In this document: piece by piece, positions 31,526-42,121 of the stretch | Layout of the letters: each line of letters starts with the position of its first letter | Position numbering within the stretch: position 1 is the stretch's first letter | Assembly: GCA_963675495.1 (NCBI GenBank) | Contig: OY776215.1 | Coordinates: 128,001 to 192,000 of the forward strand | Direction of reading: 5' to 3' | Source of the DNA: an uncultured Methanolobus sp. | GTDB lineage: Archaea > Halobacteriota > Methanosarcinia > Methanosarcinales > Methanosarcinaceae | DNA: 64,000 nt | The notes under the pieces: model-generated | The model's database searches: none | Seen by the model: the letters and a program-made list of their open reading frames with translations, nothing else | Told to the model about the DNA's origin: nothing | Translations under genes and position numbers: made by a program

Positions 31526-32086
31526 ATGAAATTATTGAATATTTTGATATGTTTGCTAGTTGCAACATGTTTACTCTTGTCAGGCTGTGCAGAACAAGCC
31601 CAAGAAGAAAGTATGGAAACTGAAGAAATGGTAACTGAAGAGATGGAGACCGAAGAGGAAGAAGAAGTAGAAATGAACATTGTTGAGACAGCAGTCGCTG
31701 CAGGTTCGTTTGATACTCTGGTAACCGCAGTTCAGGCAGCTGGACTTGCTGAAACCTTAAGCGGAGAAGGACCATTTACAGTTTTTGCACCAACCGATGA
31801 AGCATTTGCCGCATTACCTGAAGGCACACTTGATGGATTGCTGGAAGATGAGGAAGCACTTGCATCCGTACTTACATACCATGTGGTCGCAGGAAAAGCA
31901 ATGTCAGGTGATCTGTCAGATATGATGGTACTTGAAACCGTACAGGGTGAAGAAGTTACTATATATATAACCGATGGAAATGTAATGGTCAATGATGCAA
32001 ACGTAGTTCAGGCAGATATAGAAACCAGTAATGGAGTGATTCATGTCATTGATAAGGTAATACTACCACCTTCTATGACAAGTTAA
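31526..32086 (+). CDS. Fasciclin (FAS1) domain lipoprotein
   Basis: Lipobox LLSGC; [34 protein letters not shown]. Confidence 0.95.
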   Translation: MKLLNILICLLVATCLLLSGCAEQAQEESMETEEMVTEEMETEEEEEVEMNIVETAVAAGSFDTLVTAVQAAGLAETLSGEGPFTVFAPTDEAFAALPEGTLDGLLEDEEALASVLTYHVVAGKAMSGDLSDMMVLETVQGEEVTIYITDGNVMVNDANVVQADIETSNGVIHVIDKVILPPSMTS

Positions 32087-32221
32087 TAGGTTTAATTAAC
32101 CTATTTTCTACATTTTTTCTAAAATTTCATCTTGATTAATAGATATCTGTATCATCAATAATCAGTCTCTATGAATGTTGATTAAGCGTGATATGACGTT
32201 TATCTGTAAGGTCATACCAGT

Positions 32222-33577
32222 TCATCTCCTGTCAACTAGCCTTTTCGGTCTGCCTTTGATACGATAGAACTCTAGTTGTCCAGGTCCTGTATAGTTGAAA
32301 ATGATGTTCAGAATTCCCTCTGAATGCGCATTTTCCAGATTTTTCTTGTATTTAAAAAAGGATTCCCGGAAATTATTTTCTATGACACTTTTGTCATATT
32401 GATCGAGATCATTGCATTCCATGCTTACTCTAAGGGTTGTCTCTCCCTCATCATCTCCACCATAAAGGAAGGCTTCATACTCACCTGTAAGATATTCCAT
32501 ATTCTCCCTCTGGAAAACCCCTTTTTCAATATCAACACGGTTAAAAGGAGTTCCAGATACCCAAAAAGTCTCAGCTTCCCTTTCAGGATTCATGATCTTC
32601 ATGTGTGTCCTTCCACATGCGCATTTGTCACGTGTCATTACAACCGTTGTATCTTCGGTATCATAGTTCAAAAGAAGGTTGCCACTTTTAGCCCCTACTG
32701 GAAGTAATGTTGTGAGCACCATTCTCCCACATTCTCCGTCCTTTACAAATTTGCTCATTTGAGGATCATAAACATCCAGATGTAACAAGTCTTCTGGAAC
32801 ATGTAAACCACTTATGTCACTACATTCTCCGCACATGGTACCTTCGGTGCTACCATAATTGTTGAATACATCACAGTTCCATATCTCAGAAACATATTTG
32901 CGTGCTTCTTCTGGAAAACTTTCCCCGCCCACCACAAGACGCTTAATGCTCGATTCTGTGGGATCTATACCTTCGGTTTTCATTCTTTTTGCCAAACGTA
33001 TAAATTTGAAGATACTACCTACAATAGAAGTTGGTTTGTAAGATTCCATTATCCTTAAGGGGAATGTGCATTTACCTTCAGGTATGATGCTCATGCCTAT
33101 GCTTTTGGCTGCCAGTGTCATGGTATTAGCACCAATATTCATCCCATAAGAAGCACACACTACTAGCCTGTCCTCCTCATTGAATCCTTGGGACACAAAA
33201 CTCCGTGAATACTTTTCTGCGTATCTTTGCCAATCGTCCCATGTCAGGAAGAAAGATTTCGGTGTTCCGCTGGTCCCACTTGTTTCATGGACAGTGAATA
33301 CATCTTTCCAGTCAACAGACTTAAAAGCAAAATCATCAATTTCAGGCGGCTGGTTCTCTCGAATAGTCTTACCTGATATAATAGGAAGTTCAAGTAGGTC
33401 TTCATGGGATCTTATATCAGAAGGTTTTATTTTGTGCTCCTTGAACCATTTTTTGTAGAAAAGTGAGTTTTCAGCAGCATATTTAACAGTGTATCTAACC
33501 CTTTCATCGACAATGGCATCTAGTTCTGCTCTTTCCATGGTCTCAATTTCTGAATTGTAATATCTTCTTTCATCCAT
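32222..33577 (-). CDS. ftsA: Coenzyme F390 synthetase (phenylacetate-CoA ligase family)
   Basis: HETSGTSGTPK, YGSTEG, NYDTEDT, GRPKRLVDRR. Confidence 0.85.
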   Translation of the reverse strand: MDERRYYNSEIETMERAELDAIVDERVRYTVKYAAENSLFYKKWFKEHKIKPSDIRSHEDLLELPIISGKTIRENQPPEIDDFAFKSVDWKDVFTVHETSGTSGTPKSFFLTWDDWQRYAEKYSRSFVSQGFNEEDRLVVCASYGMNIGANTMTLAAKSIGMSIIPEGKCTFPLRIMESYKPTSIVGSIFKFIRLAKRMKTEGIDPTESSIKRLVVGGESFPEEARKYVSEIWNCDVFNNYGSTEGTMCGECSDISGLHVPEDLLHLDVYDPQMSKFVKDGECGRMVLTTLLPVGAKSGNLLLNYDTEDTTVVMTRDKCACGRTHMKIMNPEREAETFWVSGTPFNRVDIEKGVFQRENMEYLTGEYEAFLYGGDDEGETTLRVSMECNDLDQYDKSVIENNFRESFFKYKKNLENAHSEGILNIIFNYTGPGQLEFYRIKGRPKRLVDRR

Positions 33578-33762
33578 GTTGTATCGACCCCATTAATCAG
33601 ATATTTTCTTAATTCTTCAATTACGTCAATCATATGGTTACTGTCATTTCAAAGCATATTACAATATAATTCCAGCACATTCACTGTAATCAATTTTCTT
33701 CATTTTCACAGGTTCAATATGGCCTTGAAATAATCGATGCTATCTGAAAAAAAGAAAGGAAA

Positions 33763-34032
33763 TTACATTCCTTTCGAAACCATAAGTTTTATGAAATCTG
33801 TGGATTCCATAACAGGAGAACTGTCTATATAACAAATATCGGACCATGGAAGGCTAAATTCAGCGTATGCTTCTGGACTTTCGGTTTCATAAAGTATGAA
33901 ATATCTTCCTCCATTAAGGTCCATCCACTGGTTAATTATTTTAATATTTGCTGGTGGTTTCAACTCCTTAAAGTGTTCAACTATTTTTTCACTATCTTTT
34001 GGTTCCCATGTGCTTATACTAAAAAATAACAT
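33763..34032 (-). CDS. DUF3303-like protein
   Basis: MLFF.I.TWEP...QWMDLNGGR...PWSD...PVM. Confidence 0.75.
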   Translation of the reverse strand: MLFFSISTWEPKDSEKIVEHFKELKPPANIKIINQWMDLNGGRYFILYETESPEAYAEFSLPWSDICYIDSSPVMESTDFIKLMVSKGM

Positions 34033-34066
34033 TTCTTCCTCCTATAATGATAATAATAATCTATTT

Positions 34067-34267
34067 TTATTTCTTGGTAGCAGCGAAATATATCATATAA
34101 ACTGCTGCAAGACCTACCAAAATGTAAACTATTCTGGATATCATTGACATTTCACCGAAGATTGTTGCTACAAGATCGAAATCAAATGCCCCGACAAGAC
34201 CCCAGTTTAGACCTCCAACAACAACTAAGGCTAATGCTACTAGGTCAACAGTTTTAAACATCCCCAC
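34067..34267 (-). CDS. DUF378 membrane protein
   Basis: VGGLNWGLVG.F.FDLV...RIVYILVGLA. Confidence 0.9.
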   Translation of the reverse strand: MGMFKTVDLVALALVVVGGLNWGLVGAFDFDLVATIFGEMSMISRIVYILVGLAAVYMIYFAATKK

Positions 34268-34448
34268 TTTCTCACCCCCTGTGGAATTGTTAAAATAACT
34301 TTGGAAATAAAACTATATAAATATGATTCATTATTCTTTAAATATTATAAATTAATTTTTACTATTAGTTATCTGTGTTTACTATCTTAAATAGTATGAT
34401 GCTAACCATGGCAGTATATCAGTTCACACTTGACATTAATATTTTATA

Positions 34449-35243
34449 CTAACTTTCTCTTTTTGAAATCACAAGATATGTGCTGGCAGCAAGCAACAAA
34501 AATATGCAAATAGATGTGGTTACAATAACTGCAAAATATTGGCCACCAAATCCTTCAGGCAACACATGCTTTAATAATATTCCTACATAGGCCCAAACAA
34601 TAACAAGTCCATATGCGACATCTCTGTTTTTTAGCATCGTTTTGGCTCCGATAATGAATCCAAGAAAAATAATTATAACAGCCCAGGTTTCCTCGGCCAG
34701 ACCAAAACCATTCCAATTTAAACTGACAAGAAGTACAGTAGCATTAGCAATTGTTGCCACTGTGATCCATCCAAAATACACACTAAATGGGAGTCGTATA
34801 AACAAATATTCACTTTTAGAAAGCTGTTCACTGTTTATCGTCTGATTAATCAAGATCAGGCAAACAAGGATTACAACCATCAAAACCATAGATAATGGAA
34901 TAATTTCATAATGCCACGAGAATATCCAGGCCGCATTGGCAATAGAAGAAATAGAAAATAGTATTCCAATATTATTCAATAGATCATTCTTGAAAGCACT
35001 TGAGTTCCCTTTAAAAATATCAAGCTGATAAAGTGTATATGCTCCCAACAAAAAATATATTACTCCCCAAATTGCAAACGTGAATCCTGCCGGAGCAAAA
35101 AGATTTTCATAAGAGTCTGAAAGTTGGCCTGTAGTGACATCGTTGATCGGTAGAATGTTAGCTAGGGCATTGACAGTAATCATGGCCAAAAAAGTTACTA
35201 GCACGACAATTCTAATCATTGTAGTCTTATATTTCCTTTCCAT
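34449..35243 (-). CDS. TspO-like multi-TM membrane protein
   Basis: FAPAGFTFAIWGVIY, PFSVYFGWITVATIAN. Confidence 0.8.
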   Translation of the reverse strand: MERKYKTTMIRIVVLVTFLAMITVNALANILPINDVTTGQLSDSYENLFAPAGFTFAIWGVIYFLLGAYTLYQLDIFKGNSSAFKNDLLNNIGILFSISSIANAAWIFSWHYEIIPLSMVLMVVILVCLILINQTINSEQLSKSEYLFIRLPFSVYFGWITVATIANATVLLVSLNWNGFGLAEETWAVIIIFLGFIIGAKTMLKNRDVAYGLVIVWAYVGILLKHVLPEGFGGQYFAVIVTTSICIFLLLAASTYLVISKRES

Positions 35244-35395
35244 GACTTTTCCTTTCCTATGAATAACTATGGCTTTAGATAGACTGAAATGTCACTACTG
35301 CAAATCCATTCTAGCAACCATATATTGATTGCGAAGTAAATAAGTATTTATATTAAGCCTAAAAAACACAATCTGTTGTTCTCATACATGTTTAT

Positions 35396-35992
35396 TCATA
35401 CTTCTGTTTGTAGTAATTTTTTGAGTGAAATGAAGTGCTTATCGATAAAGACTCCTACAACAATTAAAGCCATGGTAATCCAGATCAACTGCATTATTCC
35501 AGATTGTAGATCTGTTCCTATTAACCAGGCATGAATTAAAATCAACAAGAAAGCTATGTAATTAATGTAATGGAACTTAATCCATTTCCTTCCAAGATTC
35601 TTTCTATACAACCCAGCTGAAACAGCTATTATTATTAAGTAGAATGCGGGTCTTCCGGCAAGCTCTAAAAAATCCATTACTGGATGCAACACTGGAACAA
35701 AAACGGATACACTTTTTTCTTCTAATGCAAATGCAATAGGATGTAATATCATTAGAAAAATACCAACTCTGGCAAGGAAATGATGTATTGCAATAAACCC
35801 TTTTCCAAAGACTTTTTTCATCTGGATCATGTATTCAGATGACAGTATTGCTAAAAAAATAAAGAAATATGCAAATAATCCCGTAGCTCTATCAACCATA
35901 AGCAAAGGATTTTCCTTTTCTTGAAAAAGCGAGAGTATGAGAATTCCAGAAATTAGAACAACAAATGACAGTATCTTAATTTTGGTTTGCAT
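35396..35992 (-). CDS. Ferric-reductase-like heme b transmembrane protein
   Basis: HH...H and W..FH...H His pairs; start at MQTKIK after AGGTGG. Confidence 0.8.
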   Translation of the reverse strand: MQTKIKILSFVVLISGILILSLFQEKENPLLMVDRATGLFAYFFIFLAILSSEYMIQMKKVFGKGFIAIHHFLARVGIFLMILHPIAFALEEKSVSVFVPVLHPVMDFLELAGRPAFYLIIIAVSAGLYRKNLGRKWIKFHYINYIAFLLILIHAWLIGTDLQSGIMQLIWITMALIVVGVFIDKHFISLKKLLQTEV

Positions 35993-36173
35993 TTTTGACC
36001 ACCTATATACTAGGAACTTCAATCCAACACCTTTTCTAGCGTTCCAGGAGATGAGGTGAAAAGACATAAAGTAAAAGCCTACAAACCAATCTACCTGAGC
36101 AAGCCCACTCCAACATGCCAATTTTACAATCTCTTTTCCCTTATATATTCATTTTTGTGTTAGATTAAGTATC

Positions 36174-36830
36174 ATGGACTATGAACGAGAGCTTGTCCGC
36201 AATGTCCGCAGGGAATTTGGCTCCAAGACCTACGTGAAACAACTGGACAATATTATCACTGAGATCATCAAACAATCACTGCTGTATGCAGATAATCAAC
36301 TGAAGCAGATGTCTGCAGCTGCAATCGAAGAGTCATATGTATTAACAGAAGAAGCTGTGAGGACATCCACAGAACTGGCAGATAATGTTGTAGAATCTAT
36401 TGTTTTGGTGCTCAAAGATGAAGCAATCTATACGATGCACCCCAACCAGCTGGCCAAAAGGATAGTAGACCTCTGGGAAGGAGAACGATACAAGGCAGTA
36501 AGATTTGCCAGGACTTTCACTGCAGATGTTGCCACCTACATAACTGTTTACAAGTATCGCCAACGTGGAGTTGAATATGTTGAATTTGATGCTGAAATTG
36601 ATGACAGAACAAGTGATCAGTGCAGAGCTTTGCACGGAACAGTGTTCAATCTATCAAATGGTTCCGTGGATCTGTATCGTCCTCCGCTCCACCACAGCTG
36701 CCGGAGTGGTCTGAAAATAATCCCCATCACTTTACAGATAGACACGAATAAATCATTTGAAAATAGAGATTTCAGCAGGTATGAAAAAGCGTCCAAGGAG
36801 ATTGACGTTTTCAATAAAAATATCGTATAG
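36174..36830 (+). CDS. Phage head morphogenesis (SPP1 gp7/MuF-like) protein, possibly truncated
   Basis: RFART, DDRTSDQCRALHG, PPLHHSCRS; possible frameshifted tail KYRIDKFVLDAD to ~36907. Confidence 0.8.
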   Translation: MDYERELVRNVRREFGSKTYVKQLDNIITEIIKQSLLYADNQLKQMSAAAIEESYVLTEEAVRTSTELADNVVESIVLVLKDEAIYTMHPNQLAKRIVDLWEGERYKAVRFARTFTADVATYITVYKYRQRGVEYVEFDAEIDDRTSDQCRALHGTVFNLSNGSVDLYRPPLHHSCRSGLKIIPITLQIDTNKSFENRDFSRYEKASKEIDVFNKNIV

Positions 36831-37251
36831 ATAAATTCGTGCTTGATGCTGACTTCGGGACAAAATTTGCAGGGGTGAAAGGCCTAAGTATATTAGTGGA
36901 TGTTTAACTTTGCCGCTTGATAGTGGGAGATATTCTTTTTCTTCTCTACCTTTTCTATTACCCCACGCTTTCTATATGACTATCTGATGTTTGCACGAGG
37001 GGAAAACGATGAAGATATTGATGTTTGTACCTATGAAAACTAGTCTCTAGGTGAAATTTGCACATGTGAAGCTTCTAAAGTTTATTTTTGTATTGAAAAA
37101 TGGATTTCTATGTTTCATATAGAATATATCTCATCATAATTATAATCGTCATTTCAACTTTGTTTGGAAAGTTTTATATGCACACTTAATAACATGTCCA
37201 TTAGTTTGAATATTCGACATGTTTCCTGAACATTACAATATGGTGGTATAT

Positions 37252-40200
37252 ATGAAAAACAGATTACAGATTGCAAAAATTCAAAGTGGGAAGTTATTGT
37301 TGACCCTTTTTGTACTTTTGATGTTAGCATTTGTTGTTACAACAAGTGGATGTTTGGATAACGATGGTGGAATCGGTGAAGCCGGAACTATTGATGAAGT
37401 AGAAAATACTAATGGAATAGATTCTGAAGACCATGGTTCAGATGGGTCTGAAGAGGCAGGAGATAGCCAGAATGACTCATCAGAAAAAACCTATTTCGGT
37501 GCGCCTGAAATCAATGAAGAGCCTGAGCCGTTAAATCAACCTGTTGTTCTAAAAGTACTGAATCCAATAACTTCTGGTGGTAAAAAGAGTTCTTCTTCAG
37601 AAATCTCAATTCCAGCACCTGTACTTGTAACCGGGATAACTGTTACAGGACCAGGATCTGCTAGCAGTGTGATAATTGATCAGACACTTCAAATGAATGT
37701 GGATGTATTGCCAATAAATGCAGCTAATAAAGACGTTACATGGTCTGTCATAAATGGGACAGGCAATGCCACTATCAATTCAACTGGCTATCTGAGAGGT
37801 AATGAACTTGGAACAGTAACTGTGAAAGCAACTGCCAATGATGCATCAGGTACCGAAGGATCACTTCTTATCACAGTAACTGAACCTCCTGTGCTTGTAA
37901 CAGGTATCACATTAACAGCTGCTGGCTCAGTTACTAATGTTATTAATGGGCAAACTTTGCAAATTAATGCAGATGTTCTTCCCTTAAACGCCACTGATAA
38001 AAGTATTAACTGGTCGCTTACAAACGGAACCGGAAGCGCCATGATTGATTCAAATGGTTTACTAACTGCTATCACCGTGGGAAATGTTACCGTCAGGGCA
38101 ACAGCTAACGATGCATCAGGTGTTGAAGGTACTATGAAGTTGACAGTAGACCCTTTACTTGTAACCGGGATATCTGTGACAGGGACAGGATCAGCTACTA
38201 TGCTTATTAATGGCCAAACCCTGCAAATGAATGCATCCGTAGTTCCAGTGGATGCAACTGATAATAGTGTAACCTGGTCCGTTATAAACGGAACCGGCAA
38301 TGCCACAATTGATTCTAACGGTTTACTTACAGCAAGAGGTACAGGAAATGTAACTGTAAAAGCAACAGCCAACGATGCTTCAGTTACAGAGGGAACATGT
38401 GCGATAACTGTGACTCCTATGATCTATACAGTATCATTTGACAATAATGGTGGCGACACGGAAGCTAACCCCCTCAACAAAGACATTGCTGAAGGTTCAA
38501 CAGTTGACTTCCTGCCTTCAGAACCAACAAAAATCGGCCATAGCTTTGAGGGTTGGAACAGTCAGTCTGACGGTCTTGGCACATCCTTTAACGCATCTAC
38601 CGTTGTGACTGGGGATATAACAGTCTATGCAATGTGGGAGCCTATTAATTATACAGTTACTTTCGATAAGAACGGTGGTGACGTTGATGCTTCCCCAACC
38701 AGTGACACTGCTGACTATGGTACCACTCTTGCTTCGTTACCAACCTCACCAACAAAGACCGGCCATACCTTTGAAGGCTGGAACACCGAGTCCGATGGCA
38801 CTGGTACTTTCTTCACGACTGCAACCGTTGTGACTGGAGATATCACAGTCTATGCAATGTGGGAGCCTATTAATCATACAGTTACTTTCGATAAGAACAG
38901 TGGTGACGTTGATGCTTCCCCAACCAATGACACTGCTGACTATGGTACTACTCTTGCTTCGTTACCAACCTCACCAACCAAGACCGGCCATACCTTTGAA
39001 GGCTGGAACACTGAGTCCGATGGTTCAGGTACTTCCTTCACTACTGCAACCGTTGTGACAGAAGACATCACAGTTTATGCAACGTGGGAGCCTATTAATT
39101 ATACAGTTACTTTCGATAAGAACGGTGGTGACGCTGATGCTTCTCCTACCAGTGACACTGCTGACTATGGTACTACCCTAGATTCATTACCAACTGCACC
39201 AACAAAGACAGGCTATACCTTTGAGGGTTGGAATAGCCAGTCTGATGGTCTTGGCAGTTCATTCACCAGTTCAACAGTTGTGACAGAAGACATCACAGTT
39301 TATGCAACGTGGCAACTTGCTATATATACTGTTATCTTCGACAAGAACGGTGGCGACATTGATGCTTCTCCAACCATTGACACTGCAGACTATGGTACCA
39401 CTCTTGATTCGTTGCCAACCGCGCCGATAAAGACGGGCCATACTTTTGAAGGCTGGAACACCGAGTCCGATGGTTCAGGTACTTCCTTTACAACCTCAAT
39501 AATTGTGACTGGAGATATCACAGTCTACGCAATGTGGGAGCCTATTACCTATACCGTGACTTTCAACAAGAACGGTGGTGACGCTGATGCTTCTCCTACC
39601 AGTGACACTGCTGATTATGGTACAACTCTTGATTACCTGCCTACAGAGCCTACCAAAGAAGATCACAGCTTTGAGGGCTGGAATACTGAATCCGATGGTT
39701 CAGGTACTTCCTTCACTACTGCAACTGTCATAACTGATGACATCACTGTCTATGCAATGTGGGAAGAGATTATCCTTGTGCCAACAGGGACATTGCTCGA
39801 TGCAGCTCAGGGTTCAGATTTCACCGGTGTCCTGTACACCAAGGATAGCAAACTGTACTATAACCAGGTATCTAATGATAAATGGAGTGGAGAATCATGG
39901 ATAGGTAATGGAACATCTGGAAGAATTGCTATTGACAGTTCGGACAACGTTCATGCTGCTTATACAACAGATGGGAAGATCGGATATCGTGTCTTTGATG
40001 GAAGCAGCTGGGGTGTAGAAGAGCTTATTCTCTCTAACAATGGCGGTTCCTGTTCCAAACCGGATATTGCTGTGGATGCCGATGGGGATGCTCACATGAC
40101 TTATACTGACTCTAGAGGACAACTTGGTGGTTACTCGGAGAAAGGTGACATTATGTATACAAACTCCTCAAGTTCCTTTGTTAAAACAGTAGTGTATAAT

Positions 40201-40776
40201 GGATATTATGAGCATTTTGGTGGCGCAGACTATTATGGTATGTATTACCTCAAAGGTTCTTACATCACAGTTGATGAATATAAGAACTATTACATATTGA
40301 CCCATAGCCAATCGTATTCAAAATGGATGGGTGGAGCTGATAGGGCTTATACTGTTGTTGTATCATCAAACCTTGGTACCGGTTCAACTTCGACGGTGTA
40401 CACTGATGTACTGGGTATCTATGATATCATTACAAGAGATGGAAAGCCATACGCTCTTTACAAAAATAGTGGTATTCAGTCTTCCGAACTGTCTGTGAGT
40501 GGAGGTGTCATTAGCTTTGTCAATCCAACACCAGCATCATCTGCAGCCTCTGCTTATTCGCATGATGTACTCTCTGGGAATATAGTTGTAGGTAGCAAAG
40601 ATGGAAGTAACCTTCAGACAAGCTACAATGGAATTTCTGCAACTAACAGCTCCATAGTGGTTGGAGGTAACGCAGTTTCAATCGTCAATGATGGAGCAAA
40701 CTTCTATGTGTTCTACACTGACAATGCAGACAGCAATATCAAGAAGATGCTAGTACTTCCTCTTGCACCAGCATAA
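37252..40776 (+). CDS. Large surface lipoprotein: 3 Big_2 Ig-like domains, 6 Listeria-Bacteroides (InlB B-type) repeats, C-terminal beta-rich domain
   Basis: Lipobox TTSGC; V.GITV..VTWSV repeats; YTVTFDKNGG...GHTFEGWN...ITVYAMW x6. Confidence 0.9.
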   Translation: MKNRLQIAKIQSGKLLLTLFVLLMLAFVVTTSGCLDNDGGIGEAGTIDEVENTNGIDSEDHGSDGSEEAGDSQNDSSEKTYFGAPEINEEPEPLNQPVVLKVLNPITSGGKKSSSSEISIPAPVLVTGITVTGPGSASSVIIDQTLQMNVDVLPINAANKDVTWSVINGTGNATINSTGYLRGNELGTVTVKATANDASGTEGSLLITVTEPPVLVTGITLTAAGSVTNVINGQTLQINADVLPLNATDKSINWSLTNGTGSAMIDSNGLLTAITVGNVTVRATANDASGVEGTMKLTVDPLLVTGISVTGTGSATMLINGQTLQMNASVVPVDATDNSVTWSVINGTGNATIDSNGLLTARGTGNVTVKATANDASVTEGTCAITVTPMIYTVSFDNNGGDTEANPLNKDIAEGSTVDFLPSEPTKIGHSFEGWNSQSDGLGTSFNASTVVTGDITVYAMWEPINYTVTFDKNGGDVDASPTSDTADYGTTLASLPTSPTKTGHTFEGWNTESDGTGTFFTTATVVTGDITVYAMWEPINHTVTFDKNSGDVDASPTNDTADYGTTLASLPTSPTKTGHTFEGWNTESDGSGTSFTTATVVTEDITVYATWEPINYTVTFDKNGGDADASPTSDTADYGTTLDSLPTAPTKTGYTFEGWNSQSDGLGSSFTSSTVVTEDITVYATWQLAIYTVIFDKNGGDIDASPTIDTADYGTTLDSLPTAPIKTGHTFEGWNTESDGSGTSFTTSIIVTGDITVYAMWEPITYTVTFNKNGGDADASPTSDTADYGTTLDYLPTEPTKEDHSFEGWNTESDGSGTSFTTATVITDDITVYAMWEEIILVPTGTLLDAAQGSDFTGVLYTKDSKLYYNQVSNDKWSGESWIGNGTSGRIAIDSSDNVHAAYTTDGKIGYRVFDGSSWGVEELILSNNGGSCSKPDIAVDADGDAHMTYTDSRGQLGGYSEKGDIMYTNSSSSFVKTVVYNGYYEHFGGADYYGMYYLKGSYITVDEYKNYYILTHSQSYSKWMGGADRAYTVVVSSNLGTGSTSTVYTDVLGIYDIITRDGKPYALYKNSGIQSSELSVSGGVISFVNPTPASSAASAYSHDVLSGNIVVGSKDGSNLQTSYNGISATNSSIVVGGNAVSIVNDGANFYVFYTDNADSNIKKMLVLPLAPA
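38422..39770 (+). repeat. Six intragenic 225-bp tandem repeats
   Basis: High nucleotide similarity among the FDKNGG units at a 225-bp period. Confidence 0.9.
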
Positions 40777-41530
40777 GGTAGCAAATGCTCAGATAGATAA
40801 AAAAACGGAATTTTTAGTATTCAGGATTTTTCCTGAATACTTATTTTTAAGTATAATTGAATTGAAGCTAAGGTTTTTTAAATTTGTTTGAATTTCCCTT
40901 TTATGTCAGATGGCGAGAATTTCCACAAATACTTAAAATTATGATGTTAACATAATATATGAATTGGGGTTTTGCAGAATCGAATCAGTATAAACTGGTT
41001 TGAGAACAACTAATTAAACGTGAGTTAAGGTTTCGTTGTTTTTTCTTTGTATATTGTGTGGGGTCCTTGATCACATTAACGTTTTCATTTGTACAATCTT
41101 TTTATACCCGTTGTATTATATCAGGAGTTGTGCATGTGACTTCTCTGATCATGAATATAAGCAAAAAGCAAATCGAGACATTTTACAGAGCCGTATATTT
41201 AGTCACGCGTAAACATTTCAATTTATGTTACATCTATTATTTTTGAACACCTATATTATTAAATATGTTAAGTACATACTTTTAAATGTTACACATTGCC
41301 AAATAAAAAGCATATGTGTGCAGAATAAAAGGTATCTAGGACTGGGGTAATAGATGCCTGAATTAATAAATGTAGGGTATTTATTTTTGGAACAAGGGAG
41401 CGAGCAGTGGGGCGATGATAACTCCTTTTGATTAGTGTGAGCTTTATTTTATAATCGGAGTGGTTAAATGATTTTATGTGAATGTGGAGAATTTGTCAAA
41501 AAATCAATATTTAAAGATTATGTGAATATT

Positions 41531-41795
41531 TTGGATCTATAATGTTCTATGCAGTGAGAGTTTCTACATAGCTCAATTTCTGCTATGTTTTTAGAATTTG
41601 TAAATTGATATTGTCTGTTATGCTCTTACAGAACTGAAATAATATTCCTGTCTTCATATAGAATTAATTGTAAATGTACTTATTTAAGTACTATTTAAGT
41701 ACTATTTAAGTGTATCTAGGACTTATTTGCAACTAAATCTTCATACATTTGTAGCAAACAAGCAAAAAGTTTGTACGTAGAATATATCTACATTT
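41531..41795 (+). repeat. ~230-260-bp AT-rich dispersed repeat, copy 1 (IS end plus conserved flank)
   Basis: TTTCTACATAGCTC...GATATTGTCTGTTATGCTCTTACAG...TTTGTACGTAGAATATATCTA; extra AAGTACTATTT unit. Confidence 0.85.
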
Positions 41796-42121
41796 AAGGT
41801 GTGTGCCTGCTTCGGGCATACTGCTCGAGAGTAGCCACTTACTTACGGGTTTCTGATGTACAGCTTTGCTCCACATACCCATTAATGTTTTTGAATACCT
41901 TTATCAGACTGAATAGTTAACAAATAAGTGGGTTTTTAAGCCAAAATTCTAATTAGCCAACCTCGTCAGTTCGTTGAGTAGGAATTGGAAAAAAGATGAG
42001 GCAGGACTTATCTGCCGGATAAGTGATTACATTTTTTAAATGCTGCAAAAATAAGGTCCAAAATAAGGACAGTGAGGTATTTTCTGGATATACCTCACTT
42101 ATATGGTGTTTTGTTTACGTA

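Noticed and set aside
38422-39770. Regular repeats as a possible CRISPR array
   Set aside because: In-frame 225-bp coding repeats with no unique spacers.
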